Positions 8,680 to 15,374 of a stretch of 42,768 nucleotides of DNA are shown here, in pieces. Both the position numbers and the translations under genes were made by a program. Below the pieces are notes generated by a model. The model was not told the origin of the DNA and ran no database searches. It saw nothing but the letters and a program-made list of their open reading frames with translations. The number at the start of each line of letters is the position of its first letter. Within the stretch, counting starts at the first letter, position 1. Source of the stretch: a virus; IMG/VR virus record IMGVR_UViG_3300025885_000007, one strand, 5' to 3'.

Positions 8680-8904
8680 TCATCGGGACTTGATGCTGCG
8701 CTGGATGGTGGCCACGCCTGACTTGATCTTGTTCACGGCGTTGGCCCCCTGCTCGATCAGTTCCTTGGTTCCGGAGACGACATCCTGAGCGAAGTTGGGG
8801 AGCCGGGAATGGCTGATAGGGGGAATCTGCATGCGGTGGGTCCGGGCGTAAGGGTCGGGTGGGCCGATGAAGCCGGGATCGGAGCTACTGACTTGCTTGG
8901 CCAT
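8680..8904 (-). CDS. Hypothetical protein, 74 aa
   Basis: ORF track; fits the compact minus-strand operon. Confidence 0.5.
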   Translation of the reverse strand: MAKQVSSSDPGFIGPPDPYARTHRMQIPPISHSRLPNFAQDVVSGTKELIEQGANAVNKIKSGVATIQRSIKSR

Positions 8905-8913
8905 GAGTTCTCC

Positions 8914-9132
8914 CTATTCGGAATCTTGAGCCAGCTTCAAAAGTGCGAGTCTGGCTTCGTGGAGCTGATCCAGAGTCACGATCTCACCTCCAGCCATCTC
9001 CAGAGCTTCCAGGTTGCCCGCATTCAGGCTTTGGAGGGCTCGGGCGAGGATCGGGCCACAAGTGACGACAGCACGTCTGGCGGAGGCTTTGAGAGCGGTT
9101 TCGCTTCGGTTCAAAGTCGCGGCGCGGCTCAT
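8914..9132 (-). CDS. Hypothetical protein, 72 aa
   Basis: ATG at 9132 forms an ATGA overlap with the upstream stop. The longer track start at 9174 is less likely. Confidence 0.5.
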   Translation of the reverse strand: MSRAATLNRSETALKASARRAVVTCGPILARALQSLNAGNLEALEMAGGEIVTLDQLHEARLALLKLAQDSE

Positions 9133-9404
9133 GGGGTGGTTGTACTCCCGGAATCGGTGGGGGTCAACGACCAATCCTCCGGGGCGAGGGTCATTGGTCG
9201 TTCCTCACATGGCGTGAGTTCAAATTTCCTCCAGGCCTCTATGGCCCGAGAGAAGCCCTCGTAGCGGGCCCACTCCATTTGGCGAATGCATTCATCGGCC
9301 ATGCGTTCCGCCCGGATCTTCTTTCTCACCTTCTGCGGCCCCATGCTCATGGGAATATCTCCGACCTTCAAGAGCCGCCTTGCCAGTTGCTCTCTCAAAG
9401 TCAT
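9129..9404 (-). CDS. Hypothetical protein, 91 aa; paralog of 15657..15944
   Basis: Shares MTLRE.LA.R, ADECIRQMEWAR and TLAPEDW with the plus-strand ORF at 15657..15944. Confidence 0.6.
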   Translation of the reverse strand: MTLREQLARRLLKVGDIPMSMGPQKVRKKIRAERMADECIRQMEWARYEGFSRAIEAWRKFELTPCEERPMTLAPEDWSLTPTDSGSTTTP

Positions 9405-9577
9405 TTGGCCTCCGGTTTCTGGAAATAGGCTTCATCGGCGGGGCGAATCTGGGGCTTCCTGAGTTCGTGCCACCAGTCGGGAGTCGAGTCGATGTTGCGG
9501 ATGATGGCGGCGATGACCCGTGCCACTTCGCTCTTGGTGGGATGGGGCGGGGGCGGAACCCATTCACCGTCCGTCAT
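9401..9577 (-). CDS. Hypothetical protein, 58 aa
   Basis: ATG at 9577 overlaps the upstream TGA by 1 nt; GAGGAGAAG SD; ATGA overlap at its 3' end. Confidence 0.5.
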   Translation of the reverse strand: MTDGEWVPPPPHPTKSEVARVIAAIIRNIDSTPDWWHELRKPQIRPADEAYFQKPEAK

Positions 9578-10260
9578 CACCACTTCTCCTCTCTGGCGAT
9601 CTCCAAAACTCTGGACTTGGCATCAGATTCGGACAGGCCCTGAGCTTCTAGGAGACTGAGTCGAACTTGAACCTTGGGATGGCTCCAGAACCTAGGGCCT
9701 GGATCTTTTTCCTTTCCAGTTAGCTTGCTAACGGTTCGGACTTTGGCCCGCCTACTATCGGAGTCAGAAACAGCAGAAGAGTCAGAGTCTTTTGTATTTA
9801 TCTTAGCTTCAACACCCTCTGCATCTGCTTCTGCCTCTGCATATGCTTGGGCTGATTCTGCTGACGGCTGCTGACTCGTGCTGACGCTTGCTGACTTCTG
9901 CTGACGCCTACGCTTCTGGGCCTCACGGTTCTGGCGTCTCCGCTCTTCCGCGTTCCGGATGGCCCGGTAGTGCTCGTAGTTCACGATCCGCCACCCCCAG
10001 TCGCGATGATCGTCCAGCCTGACAATCCTGCGCCCCTCTTCGTTCGGTGTCCGGCTCGATGCATCCTCCGACTCCAGCGCCACAACCGCTTCTCTCACCC
10101 TGGTTTCCCCAAGCCCGGTGTCGTCCCCAATCTTGGCATGAAGCACGTTCACTTCCCCCACCGGATCACAGTGCGTCAGCAAGTAGATAAACACCAACTG
10201 CTCGTCCGGATGCCCCCGCATGCTCCCGTCCCAAAGACTCGTGAACACCTTCCCGTACAT
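9577..10260 (-). CDS. Replisome-organizer-like winged-helix protein (227 aa) with an iteron array inside its coding sequence
   Basis: ATG at 10260 preceded by AAGGAGGGGG. The N-terminus MYGKVFTSLWDGSMRG...LVFIYLLTHCD...GETRVREAVVALE resembles phage replication-organizer N-domains. Basic, low-complexity centre. Confidence 0.55.
   Translation of the reverse strand: MYGKVFTSLWDGSMRGHPDEQLVFIYLLTHCDPVGEVNVLHAKIGDDTGLGETRVREAVVALESEDASSRTPNEEGRRIVRLDDHRDWGWRIVNYEHYRAIRNAEERRRQNREAQKRRRQQKSASVSTSQQPSAESAQAYAEAEADAEGVEAKINTKDSDSSAVSDSDSRRAKVRTVSKLTGKEKDPGPRFWSHPKVQVRLSLLEAQGLSESDAKSRVLEIAREEKW
9859..9908. repeat. Five tandem 10-bp iterons (TGCTGACNNN); candidate origin of replication
   Basis: Reads tgctgacggc tgctgactcg tgctgacgct tgctgacttc tgctgacgcc. 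A degenerate sixth copy (GGCTGAT) is at 9850-9856. The 10-nt period is out of phase with codons. An AT-rich stretch lies at 9787-9812. Confidence 0.6.
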
Positions 10261-10275
10261 AACCCCCTCCTTGGC

Positions 10276-10303
10276 GTCAGCGGCTGTCAGCAGGCATGCT
10301 GAT
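10276..10303. repeat. Inverted copies of the iteron motif just upstream of the organizer-like gene
   Basis: GTCAGC (10276-10281) and GTCAGCA (10286-10292) are 10 bp apart; TGCTGAT is at 10297-10303. Together they form TCAGCA-ggca-TGCTGA. Confidence 0.5.
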
Positions 10304-10306
10304 GCG

Positions 10307-10335
10307 TGCTTACACCACGCCACGGGGAGCGTCAA
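10307..10335 (-). promoter_or_regulatory. Candidate leftward promoter for the minus-strand operon
   Basis: On the minus strand: TTGACG-N17-TAAGCA with an upstream AAAATTT tract. The same bases also read as TGGCGT-N5-aaGCA (-24/-12-like). The -10 element is weak. Confidence 0.25.
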
Positions 10336-10862
10336 GCCCGTTCTACTACCTAAATTTTGGGCGCAGTTCGGGACTCGCGTGCGTCTCCCTTTCGCTTTCC
10401 GCGCGGGGGGCCCGCCCCCGTCTCTTCACGCGTACCGCACGCTCGCTCGCACGACGCAAGGCTATGCTAGCGCGTGTGTTGCGTAGTGCACGCGTGTGTC
10501 GTGGAGCGTGGGAGCTCGAACGGATTCCCAGCCCAGCAGGACTAGCCGTGACAGGAGCTTGCCTGAGTGTCCGTTTATGGGAATCATTAGACTTACGGGG
10601 TGTGTAAGGATGAGGTCTTAATAAGCTCTTAGCTTAGTAAGTAAGTCTTAGGGACACGGAGACGGTTGCCGAGGACTCATGGGACTACGGAACGAGGCCG
10701 CTCGGGCTGTCCGAGTGCTATGAGGCGGGACGCATGAGCGGAGGCGGGTTGCGTCCGGTTAGGCTCTCGTGCTGTGCGGCCCGACTCTGCTCTCAGGCGG
10801 GCTTTGATGCCGTTCCCTGAGGCCGAGGCCATCCGGAGAGAGATCGGCCAGCCTGAGGCATC

Positions 10863-11075
10863 CTAGGCCGTCCTGCGCCGTCTGGCCATGTAAGCCCGGT
10901 TGTACGCCCTAGTGCATTCATGGCACCATGCCCCAGGAGCTTTCGGGAACTGACGCCTGGGCTTGAACGACTGGCAGGCCCGGCAGTATCGCTCCGGCCT
11001 CTGGTACCTCGCCCGGCACGATGATACATGATGCCCCTCTTCCCCACACCTCGTGCAACGATGCCTCGGCGCCAT
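10863..11075 (-). CDS. Small zinc-finger protein: CCHC knuckle plus C4 ribbon (70 aa from ATG 11075; track start 11111)
   Basis: CTRCGEEGHHVSSC fits CX2CX4HX4C. It is followed by CRACQS...CHEC. Confidence 0.5.
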   Translation of the reverse strand: MAPRHRCTRCGEEGHHVSSCRARYQRPERYCRACQSFKPRRQFPKAPGAWCHECTRAYNRAYMARRRRTA

Positions 11076-11129
11076 GCCCCACACCCTAGAGGCTTGGCCA
11101 GTGAAAAGCAACTATCTCTTTCTTTCCTA

Positions 11130-11158
11130 TTGACAGAGGCATTATCAGGCCTTATCCT
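11130..11158 (+). promoter_or_regulatory. Sigma70-type promoter candidate for the rightward SPFH cassette
   Basis: TTGACA (11130-11135), a 17-nt spacer, then TATCCT (11153-11158). About 50 nt upstream of ATG 11211, which has a GGAGGG SD. Confidence 0.5.
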
Positions 11159-11210
11159 GGTGTCGGTGGCGTGACCGCGTGGGCCGCGCCGGACCCAATC
11201 GGAGGGCGGA

Positions 11211-11426
11211 ATGAAGTGGTTCTGGATCATCCTTGCGGCCGGCGTCGGATTGGTCGCACTCAGCTCGCTCACCAGCATGCTTGGGGCAGCAGCCTCCCAA
11301 CGGAGTGACTTCGGAGTCATTGCCGCGAGCGTCCTAGGCATTGTCATGGTCGCTGCCGCGGTGCCGATTACGCTCCATTTCATCAAAAAGGCTCAGGGAA
11401 CGAGCGAAACCAAGGAGAAGCCTTGA
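11211..11426 (+). CDS. Two-TM small membrane protein (71 aa)
   Basis: Two hydrophobic segments (WFWIILAAGVGLVALSSL and VIAASVLGIVMVAAAVPITL). Its stop overlaps the next start. Confidence 0.6.
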   Translation: MKWFWIILAAGVGLVALSSLTSMLGAAASQRSDFGVIAASVLGIVMVAAAVPITLHFIKKAQGTSETKEKP

Positions 11427-12268
11427 AGCGCATTCTGCCGCTCGCCGCACTCGTCATGCTCTCAGGCTGTGGAATGACCACCATTCCTCCCGGATGGGAA
11501 GGCATCCGAGTCAACAACGTCGGGGCTCGGCGTGGCACCGAGGATTATCCCGTCCAGACCGGGCGACTGTTCTACAACCCATTCACGGAGGACGTTTACA
11601 AGTACCCGACCTCCAAGCAGAACTATGTCTGGGCCGCCGGGAGCACCGAGGGAAAAGCCAACGACGAGAGCATTAGCTTCAATAGCGTCGAGGGCACGGC
11701 CATCAGTGCAGACGTAGGTGCTGTGTTCAACGTCAAGACCGGCAAGACCCCGGCCCTGTTTGTGGCCTACCGCAAGGACATCGGAGAACTCACCGACGGC
11801 ATAATCCGCAACGAAGTCCGCGATGCCCTGAACCGTGAAGCCGGCCGCATGAAAGTCATGGACATCATCGGCCCCAAGAAATCCGCCCTGCTCGATAGTG
11901 TCAAGGTGGACTTGAACGCCGGGCCGCTCGGCAACTACATCTCGTTCGAGACTGTGAGTTTCGTTCATGCCCCACGCCCCGACCCCCAGGTTGCGGCTGC
12001 AATCAACGCGGTGATTACCGCTATGAACAACGCCAATGCCGCGACCGCCAAAGTGCAGCAGGCCAGAGCCGAGGCGGAGCAGATCGTGGCCACCGCCCGT
12101 GGAGACTCGGCCTCCAAGGTCATCAACGCCGTCGGTCAGGCCGAGGCCAACCGCATCTTGAATGCTTCCCTAACTGGGAATCTGATCGAATGGCGCAAGC
12201 TGGAGAAATGGGACGGCTCGCTCCCGCAAGTCACCAGCGGTGGCGGCATCATCGTCGGCTTGAAGTAG
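11423..12268 (+). CDS. SPFH/Band-7 (prohibitin-like) domain lipoprotein, 281 aa
   Basis: TTG start preceded by AAGGAGAA. Signal peptide with lipobox LSGC. SPFH-like core followed by an Ala-rich helix and a C-terminal W.G.LP motif. Confidence 0.75.
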   Translation: MKRILPLAALVMLSGCGMTTIPPGWEGIRVNNVGARRGTEDYPVQTGRLFYNPFTEDVYKYPTSKQNYVWAAGSTEGKANDESISFNSVEGTAISADVGAVFNVKTGKTPALFVAYRKDIGELTDGIIRNEVRDALNREAGRMKVMDIIGPKKSALLDSVKVDLNAGPLGNYISFETVSFVHAPRPDPQVAAAINAVITAMNNANAATAKVQQARAEAEQIVATARGDSASKVINAVGQAEANRILNASLTGNLIEWRKLEKWDGSLPQVTSGGGIIVGLK

Positions 12269-12274
12269 GTCATA

Positions 12275-12339
12275 CCGCACGTTATGGGCAATGGCGTGCG
12301 GCTCGCCCGGGGGTCGGTTCGAGGGAATCGGCCCCGGGC
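12275..12339 (+). terminator. Two consecutive GC-rich hairpins after the SPFH gene (putative terminator or insulator; no U-tract)
   Basis: CCGCACG (12275-12281) pairs with CGTGCGG (12295-12301). GCCCGGGG (12305-12312) pairs with CCCCGGGC (12332-12339). Confidence 0.4.
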
Positions 12340-12411
12340 ATCCTGAGATGGATGCAACGCGATTCCGCAACGCCCTTCGCTCGCACCGGAGGTAAAGCGT
12401 TGCCACGAGAA

Positions 12412-12427
12412 TGGCACGAGGCTGGCA
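12412..12427 (+). promoter_or_regulatory. Sigma54-type -24/-12 promoter candidate
   Basis: TGGCACG-aggc-TGGCA against the consensus TGGCACG-N4-TTGCW, with correct GG/GC spacing. Lies in an intergenic gap about 50 nt upstream of ATG 12479. Confidence 0.35.
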
Positions 12428-12478
12428 ATAGCGTATGGGTACGCAGTCAACGCAGCGGACCCCAGCAAGGAGCAGACG

Positions 12479-12985
12479 ATGGAAGCCACCAGCAGAGAAT
12501 ACGTCAGCGTCACCGACACGGCGAAGATGCTGCGCGAAGCCCTCAAGCGCAATTGGCCGAGCATCAAGTTTTCGGTCCGCTCCAAGTCCTATGCTGGCGG
12601 CGCTTCGATCCGTGTTACCTGGCAGGATGGGCCGAGTGGCGCGATGGTGGACAAGGTTGCGCAGCGGTTCCACGGTGCCGACTTCGATGCAATGGTTGAC
12701 TTGAAGTCGAGCGTCGAGCAAATCCTCGTCGGCAGCGACGGTGCTATCCGTAGCGTGCGCTTCGGTGCCGATTACGTCTTTTGCAGCCGCGAGACGAAGG
12801 ACGGACTCGAAGCGGCCTGCATCGCCGAGTACGCCAAGAACTACGGCGGCGATCTGAACGACTGGCAGGCGCAGCGCAGCCGAGACCACTCGATTATGAC
12901 CTCGCTCGCCGAGCTTTCAATCCCGGCCGACGAGCCTGTCACCGAGACGGCGCGGCGCGTGGTCGATCATATCTACCGGGGGTAA
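12479..12985 (+). CDS. Hypothetical protein (168 aa), tentatively LPD29-like domain
   Basis: AAGGAG SD. The TAKMLREALKRNWPSIKFSVRSKSYAGGASIRVTWQDGP...FDAMVD pattern is seen in phage and plasmid polyvalent-protein-associated domains. Confidence 0.55.
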   Translation: MEATSREYVSVTDTAKMLREALKRNWPSIKFSVRSKSYAGGASIRVTWQDGPSGAMVDKVAQRFHGADFDAMVDLKSSVEQILVGSDGAIRSVRFGADYVFCSRETKDGLEAACIAEYAKNYGGDLNDWQAQRSRDHSIMTSLAELSIPADEPVTETARRVVDHIYRG

Positions 12986-12987
12986 AC

Positions 12988-13353
12988 ATGACCGACAAGT
13001 TACACGGCACCGCGATTGACGGCTTCGAGCTTCACAAGGTCCAACTGCGCCCCAACAACGGCATGGAGATTGACGCCTGGCTAGACGATCAAACGCTATT
13101 CGTGCTCCGCGTGGACTCTCGCGCCGGGCACGTCAACGTGTCGTGGGACGGGCGCAGCGTCTTTGATTCTGGAGTCATTACTCCACTATCGGACCCACAG
13201 ATTGAGGCTCTCAAGTCGCAGGTAGCCAAGCTCCGCGCCGCCCTGGAAGGCATCACCACGAGGGACAGCGTAGAGCGACGACACGAAGTCTGTTTCTATC
13301 ATGACCACACGACAAGCTGCGATATATGCGACGCCTTGGGTTCCTCATCATGA
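12988..13353 (+). CDS. Hypothetical protein, 121 aa
   Basis: ATG at 12988, 2 nt after the upstream TAA. The upstream part of the track ORF is alternate-frame. Confidence 0.5.
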   Translation: MTDKLHGTAIDGFELHKVQLRPNNGMEIDAWLDDQTLFVLRVDSRAGHVNVSWDGRSVFDSGVITPLSDPQIEALKSQVAKLRAALEGITTRDSVERRHEVCFYHDHTTSCDICDALGSSS

Positions 13354-13748
13354 AGCGCCTGCCCATCAAGGCGGCCCGCGACGTGGCGAAAGCCTACAGC
13401 CTCTCGCAAGTAATCCTCGCAGCGTGGGACGGAGAGCGGACGCATATCGTGACCTACGGCAAGACGACAGAGGACTGCGCGCAGGCAGCAATGGGCGGAA
13501 ACAAGATCAAGGACGCCCTCGGCTGGCCCAAGTACCTGCACGCTGAACCATCCCGCATCAAGACGCTGCTCGCCTCTAATTCCGAATTACTGGCGGCGGC
13601 TGAGTTTGCCATTCTCACCATGGGCGGCGAGAACATCATGGGTGGGTGCTCGACCTGCGGCACAGAGAAGCAAGGCCAGCACGCGGACGATTGCTCCTAT
13701 GTGCTGGTGCGCGAAGCAATCCGCAGAGCCCGGAGAGCACATGCCTGA
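13350..13748 (+). CDS. Hypothetical protein, 132 aa
   Basis: ATGA overlap with the upstream gene. Conserved-looking N-terminus IKAARDVAKAYSLSQVILAAWDGERTHIVTYG. Confidence 0.5.
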   Translation: MKRLPIKAARDVAKAYSLSQVILAAWDGERTHIVTYGKTTEDCAQAAMGGNKIKDALGWPKYLHAEPSRIKTLLASNSELLAAAEFAILTMGGENIMGGCSTCGTEKQGQHADDCSYVLVREAIRRARRAHA

Positions 13749-14085
13749 CGACTCCGGGAAGTACATCACGCACGAGCAGGCGATGCGAGAGGCAGACGCC
13801 TGGGGCCGGGTGCGTCTTAGCCTGAAACTCCACGAAATGACCATCCGCTCCGGTGCCGGGTCGGCTGCCGAGTTCAATTCCCGCAATGAGTTGCTTCAGG
13901 AAATATCGAGATACGCCAGCCCACATCTAGCGGTATGGAAACCCCAGGAAGTCGGCTGGACATCTCAGGCTGCCCTCACGGAGCTTGTTGACCTCGTGGA
14001 ATCAATTATCTCCGACGGCAAGCTGAGAGACGAAACAGACCGAAAGGCGAGAGAGATTATCGCCCGTCTGAGGCCGGAATCATGA
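13741..14085 (+). CDS. Hypothetical protein, 114 aa
   Basis: ATG at 13741 overlaps the upstream gene by 8 nt. Confidence 0.5.
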   Translation: MPDDSGKYITHEQAMREADAWGRVRLSLKLHEMTIRSGAGSAAEFNSRNELLQEISRYASPHLAVWKPQEVGWTSQAALTELVDLVESIISDGKLRDETDRKAREIIARLRPES

Positions 14086-14306
14086 ACCCGACGCCAGAGA
14101 AATGGGATACATGGGAGTATTTCGACCCCCACAAGAAAGGCCAGCCGACCATCGCCACGCACCGAATCTACGACATTGGGGAAACGGAGGCCTGGTGCCT
14201 CGTGATCGTCAAAGCGGATGGCCGCTCGTTCAAGGCCGCATATCCGCTGATCGACTTCACGCGACGCGATTCGCCTTACCGCCTAGCCGTGTGGACCGTC
14301 CGATGA
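14082..14306 (+). CDS. Hypothetical protein, 74 aa
   Basis: ATGA overlap at both ends. Confidence 0.5.
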   Translation: MNPTPEKWDTWEYFDPHKKGQPTIATHRIYDIGETEAWCLVIVKADGRSFKAAYPLIDFTRRDSPYRLAVWTVR

Positions 14307-14527
14307 GCATGTATGCCGACCTCATGCTGTCCCGCCTGCTCTCTGGCTTCGATGAACTGATTGCCCGCTCAAAGCTCTGCAATCTGCCGGAAGTGGCAAC
14401 CAGGCTGGAGGAACTTCGGGACGTGATCCAGCGAGGCGTTGATCTTAGAAAGCTGGTCGAGCAGGAGGAACGCAATGCCCGCAATCGCACAACGCCCGAT
14501 GCCAAGCAAGGCTCTGATGCAGGGTAA
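14303..14527 (+). CDS. Hypothetical protein, 74 aa
   Basis: ATGA overlap with the upstream gene. Confidence 0.5.
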   Translation: MSMYADLMLSRLLSGFDELIARSKLCNLPEVATRLEELRDVIQRGVDLRKLVEQEERNARNRTTPDAKQGSDAG

Positions 14528-14636
14528 CGAGATGCGGCTGGCACCTGAGATGCACTACTCGGACGGTGCGGCAAGTCGCCGCGAGATGACGGGGCCGGCT
14601 GCAGACGGACCCGACCAACGACGGAGGATGCGATGA
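14517..14636 (+). CDS. Possible 39-aa bridging ORF
   Basis: ATG at 14517; its TGA overlaps ATG 14633 (ATGA). It competes with the -24/-12 motif reading of the same gap. Confidence 0.2.
   Translation: MQGNEMRLAPEMHYSDGAASRREMTGPAADGPDQRRRMR
14539..14554 (+). promoter_or_regulatory. Second sigma54-type -24/-12 motif
   Basis: TGGCAC-ctgaga-TGCA with consensus GG/GC spacing. Lies in the 105-nt gap between 14527 and 14633. Confidence 0.25.
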
Positions 14637-14866
14637 CGCGGTTCCTGCACATGGCCTTCTCGGTAGACATCGCCCGCTGGCCAGATAGTCGGCTCGCTGG
14701 CTTGATGTCCGAAGTGATGGACGACGGCACGGAGCGCCCGCTTGCCGTTGAGGAGATTCGTGCCCATATCGCCGATCTCAAGGCGCGGGGATTCGAGGTC
14801 GTGCCGCCGTGCGACAACAGCGACCCCAAGACCGGGCGCTGCCTCGGCCACGAGCGTGCATCGTGA
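14633..14866 (+). CDS. Hypothetical protein, 77 aa
   Basis: GGAGGA SD; ORF track. Confidence 0.5.
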   Translation: MTRFLHMAFSVDIARWPDSRLAGLMSEVMDDGTERPLAVEEIRAHIADLKARGFEVVPPCDNSDPKTGRCLGHERAS

Positions 14867-15168
14867 CCCCCGACACCAAGCAGGCGCACACTCCGGACGG
14901 TGGCAAGACGCTCGCCCTCTTGATGGCCGACGACAAGCTCTCTGCCATCCTCAAGACGCTCGGCAAGCTGATGCGGACGCTCGACGGGGACGACGAAGGA
15001 TACAGCTTTGAGGTGGCGCACAGCGATCTGTGCCCGGCGCGTGGCCACTACGCGACGCATCATCAGTGCGGATGCGGATTGGCTGACGCCATCGACCGGC
15101 TGCACGAAGCCGAAGCCGATGCGAACAACGTGCGCGAGCAACTCGCGCTGCTCGGGAGGCGCAAGTGA
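14863..15168 (+). CDS. Hypothetical protein, 101 aa
   Basis: GTG at 14863 forms a GTGA overlap with the upstream stop. Confidence 0.45.
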   Translation: MTPDTKQAHTPDGGKTLALLMADDKLSAILKTLGKLMRTLDGDDEGYSFEVAHSDLCPARGHYATHHQCGCGLADAIDRLHEAEADANNVREQLALLGRRK

Positions 15169-15374
15169 GACAGATTCATGTGCTGCTGACTCTTAGTGAA
15201 GACGAGGCCAATGCCTTGGCTGCGGTCGGCCAGTCCACCGATGAGTTTGTCCGAGTCACCCGCTCTCAGTGGGAACGACTCAAGCGAGACGCCACTGAGA
15301 TGCAGTCGTGGAGCCCGGAGCCGCAGACCCGCGAGCAGAGACAAGAATATGCGAAATCGTGGGGGATGAAATGA
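15165..15374 (+). CDS. Hypothetical protein, 69 aa
   Basis: GTGA overlap with the upstream gene. Confidence 0.45.
   Translation: MRQIHVLLTLSEDEANALAAVGQSTDEFVRVTRSQWERLKRDATEMQSWSPEPQTREQRQEYAKSWGMK

Noticed and set aside
9818-9847. Tandem hexamers TCTGCA TCTGCT TCTGCC TCTGCA TATGCT near the iterons (also GAGTCAGA twice at 9761-9786)
   Set aside because: The period is a multiple of three and simply encodes Ala-Glu/Asp (and Ser-Asp) low-complexity peptide. It is a protein-level repeat, unlike the 10-bp iterons.
10793-11386. 197-aa minus-strand ORF spanning the divergent promoter region
   Set aside because: It overlaps the zinc-finger ORF in another frame and runs antisense through the promoter and the start of the 11211 gene. 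It has no SD and a junk-like composition.
12305-12339. GGTTCGAGG string suggesting a tRNA T-arm
   Set aside because: The flanking bases cannot form a T-stem or a cloverleaf. The sequence is the loop of an 8-bp GC hairpin. No other tRNA-like segment was found.
12170-15141. Long minus-strand ORFs (12170..12889, 14257..15141) antisense to the rightward operon. The same applies to 20725..21489, 21940..22599 and 23750..24406.
   Set aside because: All lie opposite tightly coupled plus-strand genes with recognisable motifs. They are Arg/Ala/Pro/Ser-rich without motifs, consistent with stop-poor antisense frames in GC-rich DNA.
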